Source: Epithemia pelagica
Lineage: Eukaryota > Protista > Bacillariophyta
Direction of reading: 5' to 3'
DNA: 64,000 nucleotides
Assembly: GCA_946965045.2 (NCBI GenBank)
Contig: OX337229.1
Location: 1,674,001-1,738,000 of the forward strand
The position numbers and the translations under genes were made by a program. Under the pieces are notes generated by a model. The model was not told the DNA's origin. It was given only the letters and a program-made list of their open reading frames with translations, and searched no databases. Below, piece after piece: positions 35,112 through 47,101 of this stretch. The number at the start of each line of letters is the position of its first letter. Positions within the stretch are counted from its first letter, which is position 1.

Positions 35112-37547
35112 ATGTTGCCCGAAATAGAGAAGACGCCGATATTGCTTTTGAGATTCACCGCAAAAGCAACAAAGGAACTCGTTGATTTAGTTGAAAACAG
35201 ACTCAAAGATGACGGGTTTATTGTCGATCGCACAGAGACGGGCCCGAACATCAGTCTTACCCTCACAACGACCCAAGAGCACCTTGAAGAACAGGCCGAA
35301 CTTGGCCACTACATGTTTCTGGATGTCCAGAACAAGGTAGTCGACAAGTTTGAAGTGAAGAAGCGCCACCGATTTTGCGACACAAAGGAACTGCGTCGCG
35401 ACAAATATGGCCTGTTTCAACCATCGGATTGGTTGGTATTGACAACACGTCTTTTCAATGGGGTCACAGTGTTGGCTGCTGGAGAAACTGAAAACGAACT
35501 CTCCGAACTTTTAAAAGACAAGTATAAAGCGAACTATCTGTTGGCAGATATCAGTTTGATTGGTTTGGATTCCTTTTCCAAGAGCCAGCGATGGGCAGAC
35601 CACGGAGAAAGATCCGATTGCTTGCGTCATGTTCTTGAGACGTATGACTTGGTGGACACGATAACCCCACTTCATTTACCAGCGATCCGTCGCGAAATCA
35701 CTTGTCAAACTACTTTTGGACCTTGGTATCAAATCAATCCACCAGTTGAAAAAATCAAGTCCTATTATGGATGGGAAGTCGCCTTTTACTTTGCATGGAT
35801 GGGATTCTTGACAAGATGGTTGGCGTTTCCAGGTATTTTGGGCCTCGTAATTTACGTCATGAGAATTTACCGTAATGATTCAATTGATACGGATGAATAT
35901 ACACCTTTTTATGGCCTGGTCTGCTTTTTCTGGGCTATCCTATTTGTTCGCTTCTGGGAAAGAGAAGAGCACAGATTGGCCTATGGATGGGGCACCTTCC
36001 CGTTGACCGCTTATGAACGACAGAAATACTTTGCAAAACGAGTTGATTTTCGAGGATTTGTCCGCACATCTCCCGTGACAGGTGAATTGGAGACTCACTT
36101 TCCAAGTTTTCGGTACGTACGCTAAGCTTTTTAGAGATTTGAGGAGACAGGGGATCTCTCATGAACCGATCAATGACGTTGCAAACGGAAAACAGGAGAA
36201 CGTTGAGATATCTAGTGTCAGCAGTCGTAACGCTGGTCATGTTGGCTGTTGCATTTACTGTGATGATCCTTTCGCTCAATCTTCAAGGTTATATCCGTCC
36301 TCAGTCGAATCCGCAGCGTTGGCATGAGAACAATAAGCACCCTTTTCATTTTCCAGTTTTGGCTTCGCTTGCTGAAGAAGGCCATATATTTGATAGCAGC
36401 TCTGAGTGGCGGGTTTACATGCCTACTATTCTGCACGTTGCCTGCATCTTCACTCTCAATAACATATACAGAGTGATTGCCGAAAAGCTTACCGACTATG
36501 AGAACCATGAAACAGAACGAAGTCATGAGTACTCGCTGATATTGAAGCGTTTTCTATTTGAAGCTTTTGACTGCTACGTCGCTTTGTTCTATCTTGCCTT
36601 CTATGAAAGAGACGTTGTACGCCTACGAAGTGAGCTCGCGGCTGTTTTTCAGATAGACACGGCTCGACGGCTCCTACTGGAATGCATAGTTCCGGTTATC
36701 GTGTTGTGGTGGAAACTCGGTCGTGTCTGGATTCCATACTTATCCAAACAAACAACAAGTGCGAGTGATCCTCGATCTCCCGTACTAGAAGATGTGGTTC
36801 ATGAGGCTGATCTGGACGCATACGAACAAGTAAGTATTGATATTCTTTAGGAAACATATCTGCCTGGGAGATTTCTCACATGCAATCAGTTTGATGATAT
36901 GATGGAGATGTGTATTCAACTCGGATACGTCACATTATTCGCTAGCGCTTACCCCCTGGCTTCGCTCATTAGCATCTTTGCCAATTGGGTCGAGGTTCGG
37001 TCAGATGCGTTCAAGTTATCATTCTGTCAACGGCCTACGACGTATCGTGCATCTGGTCTAGGCATGTGGAAATCCCTGTTTGCAGGAGTGATATGGATGA
37101 GTGCCCTGACCAACTGCTTGATAGTTGGCTTCACAAGTGATCAGCTGGTGTATTATCTACCCAACATGTACATAGGGGACTTTACTGGTTACAGGGAAAT
37201 GGGACACGAAAAGGTATGACAGTGCTCGTCTGATTGACGGGAGTTTCCTATTTCTCACATTTTTCTGTTCAGGGCTGGGTGTTAGTTTTTGTCATGTTTG
37301 GGTTAGAGAGGTTGCTGTTGGTTTTTGGTTTCTTGATTTACAACACAATCCCTGACGTAAGTCCTCAATTCAGCATATACTGGATTCGCCGATGCCGCGA
37401 AGCTCTTGTTCTCACACATCATACACATAGGTTCCCGAAAATATCCTTAACCTCATCGAGAGAAGGCAGTTCATTCAGTCGAGAGCCGTAGAGAATACAA
37501 AACGAGAAGAACGACGACGGACAAGTCTCTTAAAGAAGACCAAGTAA
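35112..37547 (+). CDS. Anoctamin/TMEM16 family protein, multi-exon
   Basis: Motifs IKSYYGWEVAFYFAWMGF, LFLRFWER-like, TDYENH, MCIQLGYVTLFASAYPLA, EVRSDAFK, RP....LGMW, SALTNC. Confidence 0.92.
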
Positions 37548-37636
37548 CTACTTAGCATTTGCTTTTAGGTGTCGTTTATACTGAAGTCCGTTGAACTAGA
37601 AGGAGGCAAGTACTTGTCAGAATGTCCGGAAGAGAC

Positions 37637-37688
37637 GGTAACTTCAGACCAGCAGCATGTCGCACCGGTCGTCATTCAACCTATCACC
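37637..37688 (-). promoter_or_regulatory. Candidate SECIS element in the SELENOT 3' UTR
   Basis: Minus strand folds as helix I GGUGAU/GUUACC, core AUGAC...UGAA and helix II GACCGG/CUGGUC, with apical loop GACAU (no AA). Confidence 0.6.
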
Positions 37689-37739
37689 CCAGACATGTCG
37701 ACAAATAAAATACCTTCCACTATCCCATGTTGCTGTGTC

Positions 37740-38491
37740 CTAGCTTTGTACTTTCAATCCTGCCGCTTCCATTGCGTTCACAAGCTCTTCAGCATTTGGA
37801 AATCTCCCTTCCGCGAGTTTACTGAACACAGTCTCCCCGTCCAGAAAGATCTCGAATGCTCCAGTTACTGTCCACCGTGCAACGAACTGGGGCAGCAATA
37901 AGAACAAGAATATCCCAATCTGAATAGCATTTTGTTGCACAGAGGCAGTCCAGGCTGGTGGGTGCTGGATTCCCACCATGCGAAAAAGATTGTTCGGCCC
38001 CAATACCATCCATGCGAGAGCGACCATTTGTGTTATCGACACTATATGAGATAAAAACTCCGCAAGAGGTGGTGAAGGATAGTTCTCCCCTTCAATCTTT
38101 CCGACAAGTTCAGGGAATTTTTTTTGGAGGAACTCCGCCACCTATGGATCATCAATAGAGCATTGTTGTTAGATGTCGTCAGTCCGCCAGTGCAATCGAT
38201 GAGATTTCGAGTTCAACTTACTTGGACAAAGTTCCCCCGCATGCCTCATGATGTACAGTACAGAACCTTGATTGTGTGTTCTGCGGCTTCTTTCAGTGTC
38301 TTTGTAGCCCGCGAGAGGGTTTTACATGGTGTTAGACGGTCATTCGAACTCAGGAGAACGATACGAGTTCCTTTCGCTTTTCAAGCTCATCCCTGACTTA
38401 CGCCTGTATTCATTGCCCCTGGTCCTTCAACTCCTACCGCAGAGACGAAACCCAAAACTGCAATAAGCAGACGGCTGATTGCCGAAAACAT
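37740..38491 (-). CDS. SELENOT: Selenoprotein T (Rdx family), three exons, Sec encoded by TGA at 38248-38246
   Basis: Spliced translation: signal peptide...HTIKVLYCTS-U-GMRGNFVQ|VAEFLQKKFPEL...GENYP...TGAFEIFLDG..VFSKL..GRFP. Both introns are GTAAGT...AG in phase 0. Confidence 0.92.
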
Positions 38492-38801
38492 CCTTGCTTT
38501 TTCGACGCAACAAGAAATAAATCTGGGGATTGTTGGGAGTTTGGAGGGGAAAAGATCTTGTAAGAGGGGTGACGTGAGATTAAAAGAGATCGCCCCCCAA
38601 GGCATCGCCAGTTTTCTTTGCGGCGATGCGCGCAACAATTTTGGTTGCAACGGTCGCCTTGAGATGGCCATTTTCTGTGACAACGCCAAGGACAAGGAAG
38701 CAGCGTCGAGGACAAGCGAAAAGAGTTAACCAGATCGGGACTCTGCAGAGACTTTGAACGCCGTGCAAATCTGGCCGTCCAGCATTGATTATTTAGGTAC
38801 C

Positions 38802-39333
38802 ATGAGCACCGATAACATGCTGTTGGAGGCGGAATGCTTGGACGCATTCCACAAATTGCAGATTGTCTACCACTCCTCTGTTGCAGCTTCAGTTGCACTC
38901 GCGTTTTTCTCTCTGTGTGTCAGACATGTTTGGCTTCGTGAGCTTCCTGGTGCACCCAGCCTGGCATTCCAGTTTTACTGCGTCATTGGCATCATGCAGA
39001 TTGTGATTGCCATCATGCTGATCACCGTGTTTGTACCGCATTGTCCTAATTCATGCTTGGACTATTGCTCAAACAACTACAAGCCAGCGTACTTTGTTTA
39101 TCCCATTATTGGCACGACGCTTGGCGTCCTTCTACTCAAGGAAGGTAAGGTTCGCTTGTCATTTCTTGCCGTTGACCATTCCCAATACTCATGTTGTGAT
39201 TTGATACTGGATGACAGCCATGAGGCACAGGAAGATGGCTCAGAATGTGTCCAGGCAAGGGGAAGGTGATCCCACCCTGTTTCAGTCTATTCCAGCAAGT
39301 GAAGTAGAGCTCCAGGACGGAGATTTGGCCTAG
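38802..39333 (+). CDS. Small membrane protein with a Cys-rich loop, two exons
   Basis: Three hydrophobic segments and HCPNSCLDYCS; GTAAG intron at about 39145-39218; stop at 39331-39333. Confidence 0.6.
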
Positions 39334-39713
39334 GCGGTGTGGCCGACACAATGATTTTACTTCTTTCTTACTAATGAATCTCAGCAAATGAAAAGGGAGG
39401 GACAACGATTACAATCAACGTCGAAGTATTGTACAAGAGCACGCAAGATTGTTGTAGATCATATTATTATGCAAGTCTTTATTTGAAACCCTAAGTACGC
39501 CTGGTTCCTTTCTAACAAACTCATGTATGCTGCGTGGTCGTTTATATGGTCGGAGATGGGAAGACCCATTTTCTCTTGTTCTTGGATGAGGCTCGTTGAG
39601 AATATTTCGCTCTCCAGAATATTAGTGAATTGTTCGGCGCCGATGCAGGCGTAAAGTGCTTTCTTTGAATCGTCCGAGTCATAGCCAGTACCTTATTTGC
39701 AGCCACAAGTTCG

Positions 39714-41222
39714 TTACGCGATGGTGACAACTCGAACCGCATAGCCTGTGTCGTAATCAAATTCGTCGTATATCGAACCTTTCGCTCCATGGAAGTCGCC
39801 TGTTCCTCCAGTGATGACAAAGTGACCGCTCGCTGTCTCGTCTCTGTATACACCTGAGAATGCCAAATGCCCCTCGCAGTGGTTTAAATTAATGTAGGTA
39901 CCTGAGCATTGCCAGTAATCACCCTTGATGCGTTTGCACAACTCAACGTTATACCCAACATCGCGTCCGCCTGGCTTGTTTTGAACATAATCAGCATAGG
40001 GCCATTCCTGACCAGGCTTTGTAGATGCTTGCACAGGATCTTGAATCTCATCACCGTTGGGCTCAATGACTGGTCCACTCCACAACTGCGCCACCTCGTA
40101 GACAGTATTTCGGCACTCGCCCCTTGACGACCCGTAGCCTTTACCTCCATCACTTTTGTCCTTCTTGCCTTTGCCAGAATCGTAATCGACGTCGCTTCTC
40201 TCCTTCTTCCCTTTCCCGCCTTTCCCGGACGAAGAATCAGAGCTGTATCCTTTACCCTTACCCTTGCCATATGTCGGTTTTGGTGTTGGCTTTGGGGTGG
40301 GTTCTGGCGTTTGTACCGGTTTCATTGTGGGTTGCTCAACTGGCTTAACTGTTGGCTTGAAGGTGGGTTTAGGAGTCGGTTTGGGAGTAGGCTTGGGAGT
40401 CGGTTTCGGAGTTTCCTTTTGTGTTGGTTCGGGAGTGGGCTTGGGAGTGGGTTTCGGAGTGGGCTTGGAAGTGTGTCCGGAAGTTGGCTTTTCAGTGGGT
40501 TTCCCTGTTGGTTTGGATGTGGGCTTCTGAGTCGGACCGAATGTTGGCTTTTCAGTGGGTTTCCCTGTTGGTTTGGATGTGGGCTTCTGAGTCGGACCGA
40601 ATGTTGGCTTTTCAGTGGGTTTCCCTGTTGGTTTGGATGTGGGCTTCTGAGTCGGACCGAATGTTGGCTTTTCAGTGGGTTTCCCTGTTGGTTTGGATGT
40701 GGGCTTCTGAGTCGGACCGAATGTTGGCTTGTTTGTCGGCTTACTAGTGGGTTTCTCCGTCGGCGAATCAGTTGGTTTGGTGGTCGGTTTCGATGTGGGC
40801 TTCGCCGAAGGTTGCGCAGTTGGACCCGATGAAGGCTTGGTGGTCGGCTTGCTTGTTGGCTGAGATGTGGGGTATGGAGTGGGCTTTTGTCTTGGTGTAG
40901 ATGTTGGCTTTCCATCCGCAGCAAGAGATCTTGCGTCCCCGAACACAGAACGCGGTCGGGCTTTCTGTCCGTTCAAACTGGAAGACATTGAATTCGTAAA
41001 CATTCTATCTGCCTAGATCGAGGATTCCCGTGTGAGTTTGTGTTGAAGAACAAAGAAACTCCATTCCACTAATCTTTATCTTACCATGGTGTGCCTGCTC
41101 CGATCGTCGTGGTTTGTGTCCATGGCGCTGGGCTCGACGAAAGTGCTTGATGCTCCCTCATTCGCCGTTGCAAACACAGAGGCTCCAATCTGCAAAGCAG
41201 CAACGAGCAAAGCATTTCTCAT
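39714..41222 (-). CDS. Secreted Pro/Thr/Lys-repeat protein with a GK-rich linker and a C-terminal dirigent/AOC-like beta domain
   Basis: Signal peptide [18 protein letters not shown] and one intron; KPT repeats; [16 protein letters not shown]; [17 protein letters not shown]. Confidence 0.82.
40483..40730. repeat. Perfect coding tandem repeat, 60-bp unit x about 4.1
   Basis: Identical lines at a 60-bp period, encoding [20 protein letters not shown] on the minus strand. Confidence 0.95.
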
Positions 41223-42488
41223 TGTTCCGCTATATCTCGATGAGAAATGAAGGTCAAACCCAATAATGATTATGTCGAAGTACTTCTTGCAAACTGTAAA
41301 CCAGGTTTGAGTCTCCAGGATTCACCTCTGAACAGAAATTTTTTCGATCCATTGCCTGTATGAACGTAATGTTCCTGTCTTGTTAGTAAAAATCTAGTTC
41401 AGATTGTCTGACTACATGAGTTTGAGCTCGTTTCCGTTGTCGGTCCTATATTGAAAATCACGATTCACCAAATTTTTTAACGGCTAGTTGCCCGATTATG
41501 TGATTTGCAGGAAAATCCAAATTTTTGTCGTTTCAACCGAATAGAAGAAACTTCATCTCAATAGCCCCTCCCCCAAAACCTACAGAATATGCGTAAGGAG
41601 TGCACAAGGCTATAATACGGTACACTACTAAAAAGATTATTTTGAGCTAAGGAACAAGAAACAAGATGCACTCCGCCCTCTCGATTTGGGCGCGAGGACA
41701 CAATTCCAATATTGGGAAGCAACTAAACCAAACCCACCTAAAGCAACAGAACAAAATGAGAATTGCAACGGATTGAGTATCCAAGATGAGGACAACTTCT
41801 TACTTTTCTCTGTTCCTGCTTCGTCGTATGTTCTCATGCGCTGAAAAGGGTAAAAATCTGATATTCTTTCCGCCGATGCACGCTTCCAACAAAAGGCATT
41901 GACCATGCGGCCTCTGCGCGTGGTGGTTGACTTGAATGTTACTGTCCGTAGTGTCGGCACCTGAAGAGGTTATCACTTTCCTTGTTGTCTGACATTGTTT
42001 ACCTTTATTTCGCGAAGCATTGTTCTACTTGCCATTGCCATTAAGTGCTTTTTGGCGGAGTTTTTTTGCAAACGAATGCGGTTACAAGAAAAGATTCATG
42101 TTTGCGTTTGGGAGGGAAGGCTTGCTATCTTCCTCTGGCATCCATGATACGAGTAGGGAACTTGGATTTTGAATCTAGGTATTTCTATGGATGACATTCA
42201 AGAGTGACACCCTAGCTAGTAGGAGTATCAGCCTCCAAGAAGGGGTAGCTTTTAACGACGGCTGACAGACTGACGCAACGAGTACTCCTCAACGAGATAC
42301 GCTTTGATTTATCGTCAAAACGTTGTACCTTGTACCTGGCCGTCTCGCAGGTACACAGTTACAACCTATCATGCATAACTCTCTTCTGCTGAGGAGTAAG
42401 AGTCAGTCGTCATCTTTTCCCCGCCATAAACGAACAAGATGAGACAGGAGGTGAGCCGTCCATTGTGCTTGAAAACTTACGGGACGAG

Positions 42489-43838
42489 ATGATGACCTTG
42501 GCATTTCAAAGTGTTCGTAACGCATCTACAGGGAATGCTCAGAGGAGAGTTTTCGGCACCATGCATAGAATAGTTGGTCCGATTATGAGCTATCGAACGG
42601 AAATAGTGAGATCATCCGATCCTGTTCGTGCCATTGGAAATCGATACACGGAAGCTTCAAGTTACCCTCTCAATATGATCCAAAAGCTATGGTCTTCCTC
42701 CACAACCGAAAATTTCTCATCGTCGCGGCATGATGCTAGCAAGGAGACAGCAGAATCCAAATTGGGGATCACCAATGTCGAGCGCATTCGTAGCAAAATT
42801 GGTGGAACTGCGACAACCCTACCTCTCAGTAAGACTTTGCGGCGAAAAAGAACGCCAGTGGCGAGAAAGCGATCGTCCTCTCGGTTCACGGGTGTTATGC
42901 ATCCTGTCACGGCGATCCATCTTGGACAGTCTATTGATATTTCTTCCGTCATAAACCAAGTTTTCCCCGTCACACTCAAACCTGACAATGGTGTAGCCTT
43001 GACGGACACCAAGTCGCTCGTTGTGGAATTACCGGTCGTGGAATCCAGTGACCCCAACGCCGCTCCCTCTCGATACATGGCTGTCTATGGCTTTGGATCA
43101 GTCGTTGGGCTCAATGTTCCTAAGGCAGAGTTCCAACTGTACCTTGACAAAATTCGGTACCATGTTTTGGATCCTGTTCAAGTTGGCTCTGAGAGAAAAG
43201 AAGATTTTGGTGTCGTGTTACATCCCACTAATTTGTATCCCGAGGATGTAGCCGGATCAGAAGAAGCATCGGCTCCCATCATTACTGGTGATTATTGCGT
43301 TATGTCAACCTTGGACCTTGATGGTGTTGCCGTCATTAGCAATATCATGGCGCAGACAGTTGCTTTGGACACCTACAACGATACCGCCAATGACTTTCTC
43401 AATCGATTTGCTGCCATCAATTCATCTGTTCGTGCGACAGGGAAATTCAAATCTTCTGACAAGAGCTTCTTGGTCAAATCTGTTGCTCACAACAATGCTA
43501 TCTTTATCGACATGATATCCAAGATACGACTGAAGGATCGCTCCGACACTGCCTGGAAAATATCGAGGTATGAAGATATTCACTATGGACTCAAGGCAGA
43601 GTTCGAAATCGATGATCGATTCGATCAAATTGAATACAAATTGAACTTGATTCAACAAAACTCCAAGTTTTTCTTGCAGGTGCTTGCCTCCGAAAAGAGC
43701 AACTCGCTGGAATGGACAATTGTTATCTTAATTGTAGCGGAATGCATCCTCATGTGCGTCGAAATGTCGGGTATGGGCACTCAAATCATGTCCTATCTCG
43801 GATCCTTTATCCCCTCCTTTTCTCCACCAGCTCCTTAA
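42489..43838 (+). CDS. RMND1/Sif2-Sif3/DUF155 family protein
   Basis: Motifs AVYGFGSVVGLN, ISNIMAQTVALD.Y, AW...YE.IH..L..EFEIDDRF..IEYKL, LEWTIVILI. Confidence 0.85.
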   Translation: MMTLAFQSVRNASTGNAQRRVFGTMHRIVGPIMSYRTEIVRSSDPVRAIGNRYTEASSYPLNMIQKLWSSSTTENFSSSRHDASKETAESKLGITNVERIRSKIGGTATTLPLSKTLRRKRTPVARKRSSSRFTGVMHPVTAIHLGQSIDISSVINQVFPVTLKPDNGVALTDTKSLVVELPVVESSDPNAAPSRYMAVYGFGSVVGLNVPKAEFQLYLDKIRYHVLDPVQVGSERKEDFGVVLHPTNLYPEDVAGSEEASAPIITGDYCVMSTLDLDGVAVISNIMAQTVALDTYNDTANDFLNRFAAINSSVRATGKFKSSDKSFLVKSVAHNNAIFIDMISKIRLKDRSDTAWKISRYEDIHYGLKAEFEIDDRFDQIEYKLNLIQQNSKFFLQVLASEKSNSLEWTIVILIVAECILMCVEMSGMGTQIMSYLGSFIPSFSPPAP

Positions 43839-44712
43839 GATTATTTCCCCCCTCCAGCACATACATCCAGATTGTTGAGCTTTCTTGGTTTGCCTCATAA
43901 AATACTTGCAATTTCGCGAATCGCGATTAGCAGGTCACTAACATAGTCATTTTATGAGAAAGTAGTTGTTTATAGTCCAACTACTAAATCACGAGACAGT
44001 TTTCGCATTAGTAACCACACGACGGAAAGGGCGAATCCCATGATCTGATTGTTGCCGAAGAGTTCACACACCATGTTTTTTTCTTTTCTCAATGCCATAA
44101 TTTCCTTGGCATGGGCATGAGGGACCGTTGGGGGAGAACCAAGAAATATCAGTTAAGCCATTATCGCATCCAAAATAGCCCTTTTCGGCCTCAACGCTCA
44201 TGTCATGGAGCGACATGGAGCGCCGGGCGACCTCTTTTCTGTTCTGTCGGCAGTCGGCACGACGGTCCGAGCCGCACAGTGCTCGCCTGATTTCTAGGTC
44301 GTTCGCATCCACTCCAAGTGGACATCCCATTGTGACCAAGAAGCATCGATGAAGCTCCGCCCTGGCTCCCTCCTTACTCTTCCGTGAACCTTTTTTGTTT
44401 CTTTCTCCAGAAGGACAATCGACCGAAGAATCTGAAATAGAAAGAAGCATCGTGTCCTGTCTATTCACTACATGAATTCAGTCAATCCATTCAACGTGAG
44501 CTTGAAGCCATCATGGAAGTGAGTCACCTACATAGGCGATGATAGGCAGTCTCAATTTGTTCATGTTTCCTAGGCCAATCTTACTGGACCTCGAACGAAG
44601 AGATTGCGGAAGCAATTTTCGGATGGCTGAGTGATCGTAACTAAAACGAAACTTCACAATGAAATGAAACATGTGTTATCATTTCATGATTGCTTCATTC
44701 CCTATATAAGAT

Positions 44713-45924
44713 TTAGCTGCCCTCCTCGGAATCGTCCGAGTGATGCGCTTCACTCGCGTTAACATTGTGCATGCGCCCCCACACTTGCACAAAGAATTTC
44801 TTGCGAGACCCCCGTCTGTTCTTGCTTTGCAGTTGTTCGTCCTGCATCAATTTCAGCTCCTGTCGGATTTCTTCTGGACACTTGCGGCACTTGCTAACGT
44901 GGTTGTATATATTTCGGTCAGAGTTGGCGGATGATAGTGCTTGAACAGTCGCGGGGAAGTATCTCCCGAAACCAGCTTTCCCTTTGCAGTGTTTGCATTG
45001 CATACCAGGATACCCCTCTGGACAATCTTTCACCTTACTTCTTCCTCCAATTCGATCTTGTTCGGTGAATCGACAAGCTTCCATCTGGTCTAGCAATGTA
45101 AAGAGATAGCCAGTTACCAAGTCCTTGTCAGACGGTCGTACTACGGGCAACCCAGCGACTTGAGCAGAGGGGGCTTCTGTAACCTCCTTGCACTGAAGGA
45201 TTGGCCTTGGAATCTCTCCCGGAGGACGGATAAACCTGATACCATTACTGGTTGTAGCCATACCGAGAAGGGAAGCCGATTCCTCCCAGTATTGACGTCG
45301 ACCTCCTGCTCCAGCTCGAGATTGTGCAATCAGGTCAGTGAGGTTCTTCTTCACCCAACTCGGTATATCTTGGCATACAAGAGAGTGCCGTCTTTGCCAG
45401 GTTTCAATGCTGTGGTAAATATTCTTCAGACTTGAGGGGAAACAAACGGCGCGCTCTTGTTTTTCTCTTGCGGGACGATGTTTGCAGTGAATACAACGAA
45501 TGCCGACTTGTCCGAGCACAACACGGCATGAGTGCGACTTTCCATATCTTGGGATGGAGACGTCGTCCGCCGAAGCAGTGAAGGCCTCAACGCAATAACG
45601 ACGCATAAAACAATGGAGTGGTGACAGCGACTCAGTGTCATTTTTTGTCGCCAGCGAAACAGTTCCCTCGTAGAACTTGTTCGTTTCTTCTCCCGTAATA
45701 GAGACATCTTCAAAACTTGAGCCAGTGACACTTGACCCTTCGGATCCTAGGCTGCTGCTACTGCTGCTGACAACACTGGGGAAACTTTCACGAGACGGGG
45801 ACAAATGCTTTCCAGGAGATCGAAAAGCCGTCGACGCTGACAAGACTCCGTTATTCGGTGGAGCTGCCGACGAGCCGAAGCTTAACAAGGCTTCAGCGGC
45901 AGAGATGACATTTGAATCCTCCAT
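44713..45924 (-). CDS. Diatom-type protein with two tandem Cys/His modules (putative Zn-binding)
   Basis: GQVGIRCIHC...H...C and GMQCKHC...H..KC repeats. Confidence 0.75.
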   Translation of the reverse strand: MEDSNVISAAEALLSFGSSAAPPNNGVLSASTAFRSPGKHLSPSRESFPSVVSSSSSSLGSEGSSVTGSSFEDVSITGEETNKFYEGTVSLATKNDTESLSPLHCFMRRYCVEAFTASADDVSIPRYGKSHSCRVVLGQVGIRCIHCKHRPAREKQERAVCFPSSLKNIYHSIETWQRRHSLVCQDIPSWVKKNLTDLIAQSRAGAGGRRQYWEESASLLGMATTSNGIRFIRPPGEIPRPILQCKEVTEAPSAQVAGLPVVRPSDKDLVTGYLFTLLDQMEACRFTEQDRIGGRSKVKDCPEGYPGMQCKHCKGKAGFGRYFPATVQALSSANSDRNIYNHVSKCRKCPEEIRQELKLMQDEQLQSKNRRGSRKKFFVQVWGRMHNVNASEAHHSDDSEEGS

Positions 45925-46437
45925 TCTCGAAATGTTTGAGGCTTTCCTGAAATAATCTTGCTCACTTCTCCGTCTCCGGAGAGGCCATCGTATTTTGGTG
46001 GGTCAGTTTGCATCAGGAAAATTGGGGATCAATTAGAGAGATGTGGCCGTTGCGCCGTGGGATTTTGGTTTGCAAATCGAAGGTTCTCGACTATCCGTTG
46101 ACAAAAATGTGGACGGTGAAAAAATTTCAGTAAGTACGCCTGACCGGTGTCGCACGCTGGGGGCACCCTAACACTATCTAAAATGCCTACAAATAAGGTA
46201 AAATCTTTCGTGGAGCATGGCCACGAGTGAGTCGAGTCATGCCTGTCCACATTTTTCACACACAACACACGCATTTTTGCTTCTAACTTCCTGAATTCCA
46301 GAAGCCAAAACACGAAACAGACAGTATTGTATGCGTGGATCGGCTTCATAGGACAACCGAAACGCATTCACTTGCGCTGAGATCAAAACGAAACAAGTTC
46401 AGAAGGGGATCTATCAACTATCACACATGTACGGATA

Positions 46438-46612
46438 CGAAGAGACACTACGACAAACATCCTTGGCACGTGCCGTTTCGGTCTGTCCGAGAGATCGCAG
46501 TCGGTTCTGTCACCGAAAACTTGGTCCGTTGAGATTTGTAAACAAGATTCTAAATCTAAACGATAGACACATAGTTTTGCCGAAGGCCTCTGAAACCAAA
46601 AAAATGGCTCCA
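46438..46612 (-). repeat. Split direct repeat B2
   Basis: Identical to 46883-47057 by eye. Confidence 0.95.
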
Positions 46613-46633
46613 GGGCGGGGAAGGGGAAATTTT

Positions 46634-46882
46634 AAGATTAGCTAACTAGAATCGTTGCGATCTCGAACTCGTCTCGTAGTCGTTGCAAAGATGCTGAACC
46701 CAAGAAGAGTGAGCTCTTCTCACGCTCCAACGACTCTGCATCAGGGTCATCCTAAAAACTTCCGATTGTGGGAATCAAATCGGATGCTCGCCTCGCGTCG
46801 AGGAGGCGGAGCAGTCGCACCTCTGTTGTCGGTCGCGGAGTCTGGCCAGCATCGGCCACGTCACTCCACCCAGTACAGACAC
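46634..46882 (-). repeat. Split direct repeat A2
   Basis: Matches 54303-54551 except GAACTCG versus GAATTCG. Confidence 0.95.
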
Positions 46883-47057
46883 CGAAGAGACACTACGACA
46901 AACATCCTTGGCACGTGCCGTTTCGGTCTGTCCGAGAGATCGCAGTCGGTTCTGTCACCGAAAACTTGGTCCGTTGAGATTTGTAAACAAGATTCTAAAT
47001 CTAAACGATAGACACATAGTTTTGCCGAAGGCCTCTGAAACCAAAAAAATGGCTCCA
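46883..47057 (-). repeat. Split direct repeat B1
   Basis: Abuts A2 and lies 44 bp past the YR stop codon. Confidence 0.95.
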
Positions 47058-47101
47058 CTACCATCAAACCCGATATTACAATCCAACGATGTCCAGCTGG
47101 G

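Noticed and set aside
39884-40924. Alternative-frame and antisense ORFs over the KPT repeat
   Set aside because: Shadow ORFs produced by the 60-bp periodicity.
44064-44468. 134-aa minus-strand ORF
   Set aside because: No motif; likely the 3' region of the neighbouring gene or spurious.
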